Assembly: GCA_963748145.1 (NCBI GenBank)
Contig: CAVVHR010000008.1
Location: 40,695-104,694 of the forward strand
Reading direction: 5' to 3'
Source of the DNA: an uncultured Acidobacteriota bacterium
GTDB lineage: Bacteria > Acidobacteriota > Blastocatellia > Pyrinomonadales > Pyrinomonadaceae
DNA: 64,000 nucleotides
Shown here: piece by piece, positions 52,732 to 62,378 of the stretch
Numbering within the stretch: position 1 is the stretch's first letter
Layout: each line of letters starts with the position of its first letter
Notes under the pieces: model-generated
The model's database searches: none
The model's input: only the letters and a program-made list of their open reading frames with translations
What the model was told of the DNA's origin: nothing
Translations under genes and position numbers: made by a program

Positions 52732-52935
52732 GAAAGCGCCCACTCAGACAAAGCATTCCAGCTTGCGCCCGCGGCGTAGCCTCGCGGCCTTTGCGTTCTG
52801 TGTGTCCGGGCTCACCGATAAACGTTCGAAAAACCTGACTTGGGAGGCGGTGACGCGTTGCATCCTACCCCCATCTGGCCCCGTGTCAATACAAACTTTA
52901 CATTATTTCCAGGGGCGTGTTGCATCACGCTGCCA

Positions 52936-52965
52936 CCGCTACCCCAGCGGCTTTTTGGCTTTTTC
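52936..52965 (+). terminator. Rho-independent terminator candidate
   Basis: CCGCT-ACCCC-AGCGG followed by CTTTTTGGCTTTTT. It abuts the ligase stop on the opposite strand. Confidence 0.4.
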
Positions 52966-54721
52966 TCAGGATTCGCCCTTTCTGCCGGCTTTCACGCAGC
53001 CCTCCACCAGCCGTCTGACCGTCTCGAGAGTGTCGATATCTCCGCCGCCGTTTTGTCCGGCCTTAGCCGCAAAATCCTCGGAAACCGAAGCGCAAACCCG
53101 CTCTTATGTCGCTTCGATGGTTGAACTCTGTCAAATGTTACTTCGATAATAATACGTCGGCTCAACAATGCGAACCCGTCCGTGCGCGAACTCCTGAAGA
53201 GTGTGCTGTCTTGAACCACTCCGTCAACTCCAGTCAATTCCTGATCGGTCAGACCCGGAATACGCCTTCCCGATATTCAAGAGTTCATCATCCTCAGCTG
53301 AACGTCGTACAGCAAACGTGTAATCCGAAAGCAGGTTTCGCCGCTTTCCGTGCCCAACCTCGACCGCCGTCACCGCAACATCCAACGTCGCGATCGCCCG
53401 CTTCAACTTCAACCACTCGCGTCCGCGCCGTCCGGGCTTATACGATGAACCAGGGCTCTTGATCATCAACCCTTCATTCCCTCGCGCCCGCGCCAGCGTC
53501 AAATTCTTCATCCAGCGCCGCCGGCTTCCGTTAAACAACTTGCCCTGCGACATCCGCAGCGACCACTTCGCCGGGACCAACTCGTCCAACAATCCGCCGG
53601 CGCTCCGCAAGCGGCTCATCAATCAAAACTTTGCCTCCGCGTAAACAGATCGTACGCGACCAGGACCACCGGCACAGCCGTCAACAGTTGTGTCCCCACA
53701 TTCTTCCGGCCCAGTCTCTTTTGCAACTCACTAAACGGAAGAATCGCGTCGTCCATTAGCGGGAACGATCTCGCCGTCAATAATGGCATCCGTCGGCAAC
53801 GAACGCAGCGGCTCGACCAACTCCGGAAACCGGTGCGTGATCTCGTCCATCGTCCGCGAGTAGATCGCGACCCTTTCTCCCTGAACGTGCGCCTGCGCAC
53901 GAATGCCGTCAAACTTGTCTTCGACCAAAAACTCTTCCGGCATCGTTCGCGCAATATCCGTCAGATCCGCCGCCGGCGTAGCCAGCATGAACTTGATCGG
54001 ATGAAACAGCCGCATGCTGACGTCTTTCAGATCCGCACGCCGCGCGCGCGTCGCGGTTTCACCAATATCGCCCAGAAGCATGTTTGCGTAAGCAACATCC
54101 GCTAGCGATCTGTCCAAACACGCGAGCGATCGCGTCCTCAACCAGCCCTTCTCGCAAACCGATACGCAGATCCCACGCAAGTAACTTGACGAGATACTTC
54201 GCCTCGAGCGGAGTTGCGTGATGCAGCACCGCAGACAACAGCGCGGTCTTGTTTTTTATTCCGCGCGTTTCGCTCAATCGACTGATGAGCGATTCGGTTT
54301 CTGCGAGCGTAAGCGTCGGCGTGAAACGTTTTGCGCGACTTCTTTCACGATCTCGCTCAGCGAGCTCACCCGGATCGCCCAGCCGCACGTAACGCGGATA
54401 AAGATCTTCAGGACTGAAACCCGTCGCTTCGCTCAGCGCCGTACTGATGATGCTGCCGCCAACGTTTGTCGTCCGCGCATCGGCGAGTGCAAACTGGTGT
54501 CCAGCAAAGTAACGAGCAGCGCGAGTGAGATCGGGATCGGAAAGCGTTTGCAGATACGCTCCGAGGATTGCGGCTTTCTCCAGCTTCTTCGTGGTCGCAG
54601 CCACGGCTTCGGCGCATTCCGCAAATGCTTGAAGAGTTCCACTAGCTTCTGACATCGAGATGAGGTAGTGTACTGCAACCTCGGCAGATTCCGCCCGTAC
54701 CACACGTGCAATCTGTGTCAT
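52966..54721 (-). pseudogene. ATP-dependent DNA ligase (Lig1/LigB type with an N-terminal DNA-binding domain), at least 5 frameshifts as assembled
   Basis: Adenylation motif I EDKFDGIRAQ, then EGLMIKSPGSSYKPGRRGREWLKLK, and OB domain ...FALRFPRILRLRPDKTAAE/DIDTLETVRRLVEG. The fragments 54059..54721, 53731..54180, 53619..53954, 53224..53622 and 52992..53237 are colinear. The start may be ATG 54655. Confidence 0.85.
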
Positions 54722-54797
54722 ACGTGGGAACTTTTAGTTTACTGGCAGCTCGCGGTACAATCCCGATTGCAACTAACAATTGGAAGGCGGCAAAGCA

Positions 54798-55253
54798 GTG
54801 TTTGCATTCATCCTCGAATCCCTCGGCACCACCGAATTGCTTTTCATCCTGGCGATCGCACTGATATTTTTCGGACCACGCAAACTGCCTCAACTTGCTC
54901 GCTCGATGGGAAAAGGTCTGGCTGAGTTTCGCAAAGCGTCTGACGACTTCAAACGGACCTGGGAACGTGAAGTCGCAATGGAGACGCGGCCCGGACGACC
55001 ACACCATCGCTGAATCAACCGAACCGGCCGCCACTGAAAACGCGGACGTTGCAGAGAACGCAGACGTTGCAGACGCCGGCGACACCAATTCCGCAACTCG
55101 AACCCGCGAATCCGGAATGGGTCGTGCCGCGCGATGATTCGCCTTATGTCGCGGACGCAACTGCCGAAACGCCTTCTGAAGCTCGCCGAACCGGTGCCGG
55201 TTCCCGCTGAAGCCACTCAACCGGAACCACTGCGAAAACACGATTACCTGTAA
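54798..55253 (+). CDS. tatA: Twin-arginine translocase TatA/E-family protein with a long acidic/proline-rich tail; three successive +1 shifts in the tail as assembled
   Basis: VFAFILESLGTTELLFILAIALIFFGPRKLPQLARSMGKGLAEFRKA is the canonical TatA TM plus amphipathic helix. The tail continues through frames 1, 2 and 0 to ...EATQPEPLRKHDYL-stop at 55251. Confidence 0.75.
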
Positions 55254-55267
55254 TCTGGTCACTCGCA

Positions 55268-56344
55268 ATGTCTGCATTTCTAAAAGCACTTTCCTCCGAC
55301 AAGACTGACGAAGAACGAACTGGGCGGCCAGATGTCGTTCCTGGAGCATCTGGACGAGCTTCGTCGTCGCCTGGTGCGCTGCTTCATCTTCGTGATTCTC
55401 GCGACAGCCGGCAGTTGGTTTTGTTTCGGTCCAGATTTATAACTTCCTGGCGGCGCCGATTAAGAGCACTCGCGGAAGCGCAACGCCAGCAAGTTCCAAT
55501 CGCCGGTCTCACCGGGAACTGAAACCATCTCTGCTCTCTACACGCTGAAGGAGAATGAAACGGGACGGTACGTTTTTCCGGAAGAGACCAAATTCGGCAC
55601 AAGCATTATTCCCACTGGTGCTTCGGTCATGGCGCGGGCACTAAAGGATTCTCAGGGCAAACTTGCGCTTTTCACTGACGAGGCGCTTTATGCGGGTAGC
55701 GCGGTTATTCCGAAAGGCGTGCGGTTGCCCGTCGAGCTTATGCGGCAGCCTCCACCGACTGGGATCTCGGGCGATAACGACAAACTAATCGTCACTACTG
55801 CGATGGAGCCGTTCTCTCTTTACATCAAGGTATCGCTTTATGCCGCGATCGCGATTTCGGTGCCGTTTCTGCTGTGGCAAATCTGGGCGTTCGTGTCTCC
55901 CGGTCTTTATCCGCACGAACGCGCGTACGTCACGCCGTTCATCATGTTCTCTTCGATTTCGTTCGTGCTCGGCGCTGCCTTCGCTTACTACATATTTTTC
56001 CCGCCGGCAGCCAAATATCTGTCTGGGAATCGGACGCGAGTTTCGCCTGATGCTCAAGGCGGCCGATTATTTCGACTTTATCATCCTCATCATGCTTGGC
56101 ATGGGCGTGGTGTTTCAGATGCCGGCGGTAACCTACGTCCTCGCGCGGATCGGCATGGTAACAGCCGGATTTCTGGTGAAGATCTGGAAAACCGCACTGA
56201 TCGTTATCATGATAGCGGCTGCTGTTGTTGTCGCCGACAGCTGACATTCCGAACATGATGTTGTTTGCCGCGCCGATGATCGTGCTGTACATCGTCTCGA
56301 TCTTGGTAGCGTGGATTTTCAACAAACCAAGAACGGCGACCTGA
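55268..56344 (+). pseudogene. tatC: Twin-arginine translocase subunit TatC, with about 5-6 frameshifts as assembled and a ~100-aa insertion after TM1
   Basis: The colinear pieces are MSFLEHLDELRRRLVRCFIFVIL, IYNFLAAPI, EPFSLYIKVSLYAAIAISVPFLLWQIWAFVSPGLYPHERAY, and DYFDFIILIMLGMGVVFQMPAVTYVLARIGMV...SPTADIPNMMLFAAPMIVLY. The start is ATG 55268 or 55332. Confidence 0.85.
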
Positions 56345-56529
56345 GAACCGAGTGCTGTTGAACCCCGAAAACATTGCGCTTTTGACCGCCTTTTTGGGCA
56401 ACTAACTCCGTTCGTCTACCGCATCTTGACTGTGTTCTTAGCGCGGATCTTAGAATCCTTGGTCTTCAACGGCGCCCGATTAGCAGTCCGTATCGCTCGA
56501 ATTCGTACAGCGTTCACAGGAGTTTCTTA

Positions 56530-58148
56530 ATGTCTTACCAGAAAGTTGCTCCTTCGTCTGGCATTCATCTTTGCTTCTAGCTGTCTCCGCCAGCGCGGGC
56601 GTTTTCGCCCAGCAGGAGCAGCAGGACCCGACGAACAAACCTCGCAACGTAAAACCAGAACTCAAAAAGGCTTACAAAGACTGGCTGGACAAAGACGTCA
56701 CCTACATCATCACCGACGAAGAACGCAAAGCATTCAAGAAACTGGCGAACGACGACGAGCGCGAACGCTTCATTGAGGAGTTCTGGCGCCGACGCGATCC
56801 GGATCCGGACACGGACGAGAACGAGTTTAAGGAAGAGTATTACGAGCGCATCGCCTACTCGAACGAACACTTCAGCTCCGGCATTCCCGGTTGGAAAACT
56901 GACCGCGGCCGCATGTGGATCATGTACGGCAAACCCGACGGTCGCGAGACGCACCCGATGGGCGGCGCTTACGAACGTCCTTCGTACGAAGGCGGCGGTT
57001 CAACGACGACTTATCCATTCGAGGTCTGGTTCTATCGTTACCTTCCCGGCGTAGGTTCGGGAGTCGAGATCGAGTTCGTCGATCCAACGGGCAGCGGCGA
57101 GTATCGCATCGCTCGCAATCCAAACGAAAAAGACGCGATGCTGATGATTCCCGGCGCCGGTCTTACGCTTTCGGAGCAGTTGGGTCTGACCGACAAAGCC
57201 GATCGCATCATGTACGCAGGCGGCATCGGCAACTCGCAGTATCAGCGCGAGCAGGACAGCCCGTTCTCGCGTCTGCAACTGCTCGCCGACCTGAGCCGTC
57301 CACCGCAAGTGAAATTCAACGATCTCGCGACGGCGGTAAACACCGGTATCGTCGAAGAGAACCCGTTGAACTTCGATCTCCGCATTGATTACTTCCGCCA
57401 GTCGGATGAACGCGTGATCACCGCGTTCACCATTCAAGCTGAGAACAAAGATCTCGTATTCCAGGACAGCGGTGGTCTACAGCAGGCGCGCATGAACATC
57501 TTCGCGCGCATCACTTCGGTTGCAGGCCGTCGCGTCGGTATCTTCGAAGATCCGGTTATCACTACTGCGACTGCTGAAGAACTGAGCGACGCCCGCGATC
57601 GCAAGTCTGCTTATCAAAAAGCCGTGCCGCTCGCGCCCGGTACTTACAAAGTTGACGTGATCGTTCGCGACACTGCTTCCGGCGCGACCGGTTTGAAGCA
57701 GCTAGGTTTCACGGTGCCGAAGTACGACTCCGAGAAACTTTCAACTTCGACGATGATTCTCGCCGCGAAGCTTGAAAGCCTCAGCGATCAACCTGCAGTG
57801 GGCCAATTCGTGATCGGCACGACGAAGGTGATCCCGAACGTCTCGGGCGTCTACCATCGCGGCTCCGCTGTTGGTGTTTACCTGCAAATTTACAACGCCG
57901 GTATCGATCAAACGACGCTGCGTCCGTCAGTCGACGTCGAATACGCGCTGAGCAAAGACGGCAAGGAACTCGGCAAGATGACTGAAGACTGGAAGGGTCT
58001 GAGCGATTCCGGTCAACGTCTGACGCTCGCTCGCTTGATCGACACGCGCAACCTGGCGAATGGCGAGTACGAGGTGGCGATTCGCATTCGTGACCGCGTC
58101 ACGGGCCAGTCGCTGTCGCCGTCGCAGAAGTTCACCGTCATTCAGTAG
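56530..58148 (+). CDS. GWxTD domain-containing secreted protein (paralog 1); probably two indels within the signal peptide (alternative TTG 56571 start)
   Basis: GWKTDRGRMWIMYGKPD motif. The N-terminus reconstructs as MSYQK/LLLRLAFIFAS/LAVSASAGVFAQQ, which parallels paralog 2. Confidence 0.8.
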
Positions 58149-58175
58149 CAGCAAAAAGCCACAAAAGACACAAGC

Positions 58176-58229
58176 AGGTCGTCTCCCCAAACGGTCTATA
58201 CCAATTTCATCTGAAAGGGGAGACGACCT
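58176..58229 (+). promoter_or_regulatory. Perfect 13-bp stem hairpin whose 3' arm contains the Shine-Dalgarno sequence of the downstream gene
   Basis: AGGTCGTCTCCCC-(28 nt)-GGGGAGACGACCT is followed immediately by ATG 58230. Confidence 0.45.
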
Positions 58230-59837
58230 ATGTCTTTCTCCAGGTTCCGTCAACTTGCCGCGATTCTCGTCCTTGTTTCTCTTTCGTCTTTAATCGTTCC
58301 AGCTCAACAACAAAAACAGAGTCCGGAAGAAAAGCCGCGCAACGTTAAGCCGGAACCCAACAAAGCCTTCAAGCAGTGGATCAACGACCACGATCTGATC
58401 CTCACGCAATCCGAACGCGACGCCTGGAAAAAACTCGCAACAGACGACGAACGTGAGAAATTCATCGAGGACGTCTGGCGCAGCCGCGATCCCGATCCCG
58501 ACACTACAGAGAACGAATTCAAGGAACAGTTTTACGAGCGCGTCGCTTACGCCAACGAACACTTCTCGTCAGGCAAGCCCGGCCGCATGACTGACCGCGG
58601 CCGCATCTACATCAAGTTCGGCAAGCCTGACTCCGTCGAGTCGCACCCAACCGGCGGCTCGTACGAGCGCGAATCATGGGAAGGCGGCGGCTCAACGACG
58701 ACCTATCCGTTCGAGCGCTGGTTCTATCGATACATTCCGAACGTTCGAAGTGGAGTCCAACTCGAGTTTGTCGATCCGACCGGAACCGGCGAATTCCGGC
58801 TTGCACGAAACCCTGACGAAAAGGACGCGTTGATCCACATGGGCGGTGGTCCAACGTTGGCCGAGTTGGCTGGTTTTGAAACTCGTGCAGACCGGTTGAT
58901 GAATCTCGGCGGCTATGGTCTCGCAAATTACAGGCGCGCTGATCAGTCCCCGTTCGAAGTGATGGACCTGATGCGCGGGCTCGAAGCAGACCAGCCAAAT
59001 ACTCGCAACTACGTCGGAACCGGCACAAACACGCCGACCGTTGACGACAGCACGATCGACTTCGACGCGCAGCTTGCATTCTTCCGCTTCGGTCCCAACC
59101 GTGTCGTGGCATTTCTTACTCTTCAGACCGACAACAGCCAGCTCACTTTCAGCGACAGTGGCGGTCTGCAAACTGCGCGCATGAACATCTTTGCTTCGGT
59201 GACGAGCGTTGCCAATCGTCCCGTTGGAAAGTTTGAAGACGCGGTGAGCACAACTGCTACGGCGGAAGAGTTGAGCAGCACGAACATGAGAAAGTCCGCC
59301 TACGGCCGCGCATTTACGATCGAGCCCGGACGGCACAAGATCGATATCTTCGTGCGTGATATGAAGTCGGGAGCGTTGGGTGTGCGTCGCATCGGATTTG
59401 AGGCGCCGCAGTATCCCGAGGATCGCCTGTCGGCCTCTGACATCGTGCTCGCGGCGAAGCTTGAAAAAGTGGAAGCCGGATCAGCCGTCAGTCAGTTCGT
59501 GATCGGAACAAACAAAGTCATTCCAAATGTCTCGCGTGTTTTCCGTCGCAACGATCCGGTTGGAGTGTATCTCCAGGTTTACAACGCCGCCATCGATCAA
59601 ACGACATTGCGCCCGGCAGCGGATGCCGAATACGTGTTGCTCAAAGGCGGAAAAGAAGTGAGCAAACAGAAGGAAGAGTGGCTTCAGGTCAACGACGCGG
59701 GCCAGCGCATAACCTTGACGCGTATGATCGACAGCCGCTCTCTTACGCCAGGCGAGTACGAGATTCAGGTGCGCATCCGCGACCACGTCACGGGCCAAAC
59801 AATCGCTCCATCAGCGACGTTCAGCATTGCGCCATGA
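58230..59837 (+). CDS. GWxTD domain-containing secreted protein (paralog 2)
   Basis: Signal peptide plus a GRMTDRGRIYIKFGKPD motif. It is colinear with paralog 1 throughout. Confidence 0.85.
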   Translation: MSFSRFRQLAAILVLVSLSSLIVPAQQQKQSPEEKPRNVKPEPNKAFKQWINDHDLILTQSERDAWKKLATDDEREKFIEDVWRSRDPDPDTTENEFKEQFYERVAYANEHFSSGKPGRMTDRGRIYIKFGKPDSVESHPTGGSYERESWEGGGSTTTYPFERWFYRYIPNVRSGVQLEFVDPTGTGEFRLARNPDEKDALIHMGGGPTLAELAGFETRADRLMNLGGYGLANYRRADQSPFEVMDLMRGLEADQPNTRNYVGTGTNTPTVDDSTIDFDAQLAFFRFGPNRVVAFLTLQTDNSQLTFSDSGGLQTARMNIFASVTSVANRPVGKFEDAVSTTATAEELSSTNMRKSAYGRAFTIEPGRHKIDIFVRDMKSGALGVRRIGFEAPQYPEDRLSASDIVLAAKLEKVEAGSAVSQFVIGTNKVIPNVSRVFRRNDPVGVYLQVYNAAIDQTTLRPAADAEYVLLKGGKEVSKQKEEWLQVNDAGQRITLTRMIDSRSLTPGEYEIQVRIRDHVTGQTIAPSATFSIAP

Positions 59838-60689
59838 TTTAAGATCATTCGGCACCGACTCACGAATGAACTGAGCCACCTGGTCCAGGTACGGGTCACC
59901 AACGGAACCAAAAACGTTGTGACCCGCACCGGGAAAAATCAGTAGCCGCTTCGGCTCATTCGCAGCCTCAAAAAGCAGCCGCGCTTCGCTGGTTGGAATC
60001 ACCGGATCGGGATCGCCGTGAGTAATCAAGACCGGCGATCTCACGCTTCGTAATTTTCGCGCAGATTCGAAGTCGTTCTTTCCGATGAAGTGCAGTGATT
60101 GAGGTAACCACGAGAATCTGTGCGTTGCGAGCGAACTTGCCGAACTCAGGCCGGATTCGATTATCACAGCCCCAACCTGATGCGCGCGAAGCAACATCTG
60201 ACCGACGACAGTAGTCCCGAGAGATGTCCCGTAAAGAACTACTCTTTGCGGATGTTCGCCCTTCTCGTTCAAGACAAATCGAATCGCCGCATCGCCATCG
60301 GCATAAAGACCTGCTTCGTCGCCCGGTTCGCCGTCGCTGGCCCCGTAACCTCGATAGTCGACCAACAGCGCATTGAAACCTCTCTCGGCGAACCACTGGC
60401 CCAACCAGCCCACGTCGGAGATGTTTCCGCTGTTTCCGTGAAAGAAGATGACGGTCGCTTCACTCGGTTGCTTCTGACTTTCGAAAAACCATCCATTCAG
60501 GCGAATCCCATCGGCAGTCGTGAACCAAACATTGGTCCCTCCGGCCGGAGGCGCGGGCCGATGGGCCGCATCCACGCGAACCGGATGAAACGTCGTAAAC
60601 CACTCCAACCACCGCAGTCCATACACAAACGCGGCCATTCCGAACAGCAGCGAGACAGTGAGCGCGATAGTTCGTTCACGCGTGATCAT
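59811..60689 (-). CDS. Alpha/beta hydrolase (serine aminopeptidase S33-like), N-terminal membrane anchor
   Basis: ATG 60689 (MITRERTIALTVSLLFGMAAFVYGL), HGNSGN oxyanion motif, nucleophile GTSLG. Confidence 0.8.
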   Translation of the reverse strand: MITRERTIALTVSLLFGMAAFVYGLRWLEWFTTFHPVRVDAAHRPAPPAGGTNVWFTTADGIRLNGWFFESQKQPSEATVIFFHGNSGNISDVGWLGQWFAERGFNALLVDYRGYGASDGEPGDEAGLYADGDAAIRFVLNEKGEHPQRVVLYGTSLGTTVVGQMLLRAHQVGAVIIESGLSSASSLATHRFSWLPQSLHFIGKNDFESARKLRSVRSPVLITHGDPDPVIPTSEARLLFEAANEPKRLLIFPGAGHNVFGSVGDPYLDQVAQFIRESVPNDLKSWRNAERR

Positions 60690-60775
60690 GGCTGGTATTA
60701 CGCACCGTTCACGAAGGCGTTCCATTCGCTTGGCTGAAATGCGACCGCAGACGGCAGGTGCTAAGATAATCAACG

Positions 60776-61864
60776 ATGAAACAAGGGGCGGAATTAACAG
60801 GTTTAAGTCAGGCGGAGCTCGTGTCGTTTGTCGAAACGATGGGTGAGCCGGCGTACCGCGGCCGGCAGATATTTGCTGCGTTGCAGCACCGGCGTTTGCG
60901 CAGTTTCGACGAGATGACCGACTTGCCGAAAGACCTGCGAGCGCGGTTGAGCGAAGTGGCGCGCGCGTCAACGCTGACCGTCGAGTCGCGTTACATCTCC
61001 GACGACGGCACGCGCCGGTATTTGATGAAGACGCACGACGGTTTCCCGGTCGAGACCGTCTTCATTCCGGAAGAACGTCGCGACACGATCTGTTTTTCAT
61101 CGCAATCAGGTTGCCCGTTGCAGTGCACGTTCTGCCTGACGGCCCAACTCGGTCTGTTGCGGTCGCTGACGGCCGGCGAGATCGTCGAACAAATCATTAT
61201 TGCGCTGAACGACGCTTATGGAGCCGGCACGCAACCGCCGCGAGGCACGAACCTCGTCGGCATGGGCGCAGGCGAGCCGTTTCTGAATTTCGATTCACTG
61301 TTGCAGGGGCTGCGAGTCATGGCTGACCCGCAAGGGCTTTACATCGTTCCGAATCGCGTGACGATCTCAACGGCAGGCGTGGTCCCGCGCATTCTCGAAC
61401 TCGCGAAGGTCGCCGATCGTCCGCATCTCGCGATCTCGCTCGCGGCGCCAACGGACGAACTGCGAAACGAGTTGATGCCCATCAACAAACAATGGCCGCT
61501 GGAAGAGTTGCTCGCCGCCTGCAAAGAGTTTGAAAAGACGTTGAAGCCAAACGAGCGCTTACGTTCGAATACGTGATGCTCGCAGGGGTCAACGATCGAA
61601 GAGGAACACGCGCGGCAACTCGCAAATCTGCTAAACCGGCACGGACTGAAGGCGAAAGTTAACCTGATTCCACACAATCCGGCCGAACCGTTGCCGTATC
61701 AACCGTCGCTGGATCAAACTGTCGACCGGTTCAAAAACATTCTGGAATCCAAAGGCATTCACGTTTACGTCCGGCGCCCGCGCGGCCGCGACATTTTTGC
61801 CGCCTGCGGGCAACTTGCGGCACGCCAGGGAACACCTATTAACATCAATTCGATCGGAGCTTGA
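60776..61864 (+). CDS. rlmN: 23S rRNA/tRNA adenine-C2 methyltransferase RlmN (radical SAM), with a compensating -1/+1 frameshift pair at about 61557 and 61600 as assembled
   Basis: [28 protein letters not shown] and [10 protein letters not shown] are present. [12 protein letters not shown] appears in the shifted frame, and [11 protein letters not shown]...IPHNP...[16 protein letters not shown] back in the original frame. Confidence 0.9.
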
Positions 61865-61874
61865 GCACACACAA

Positions 61875-62375
61875 ATGATCAAACACTCGCCGCTTTCGAA
61901 AGCTGCCCTCCTAATCGCAGTTCTCTTAATTCCAGCGACGCTTTACTCGACCCCGCGGCCGCAGTCGTCCGGCGCCGTGCCGGTGAGCGGCTCGCTTGTG
62001 CCCGACAAAATAAAAAAGGGCCGCATGGTCAAGGCGGCCGTGGTGATGGACATCCCACAGGGACTTCACGTGCAGTCGAACAAGCCGCTGGACAAGTTTC
62101 TGATCGCGACAAAGCTCGACGTCGAGACTCCGACGGGAATAAAAATTGGACCGATCGCCTATCCCCGCGCGATCATGCGCAATCTGAAATTCTCGAAAAA
62201 CAAAGTAGCCGTTTACGAGGGCCGCGCCACTATTCGTTTTAACGTGACAGTGCCGCCGGACTATTCAGGCGGTTCAGGCGAGATCAGAGGCAAGTTGCGC
62301 TTTCAGGCGTGCAACGACGAGTCGTGCTTCCCGCCCGTAACGCGCGAAGTGAAGATGTGGCTCAACATCGAGTAA
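61875..62375 (+). CDS. Secreted DsbD N-terminal-domain-like (thiol:disulfide interchange) protein
   Basis: Signal peptide. The pattern ...HVQSNKP...RFQACNDESCFPP matches DsbD-alpha/DsbC-corrector domains. Confidence 0.65.
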   Translation: MIKHSPLSKAALLIAVLLIPATLYSTPRPQSSGAVPVSGSLVPDKIKKGRMVKAAVVMDIPQGLHVQSNKPLDKFLIATKLDVETPTGIKIGPIAYPRAIMRNLKFSKNKVAVYEGRATIRFNVTVPPDYSGGSGEIRGKLRFQACNDESCFPPVTREVKMWLNIE

Positions 62376-62378
62376 CGA

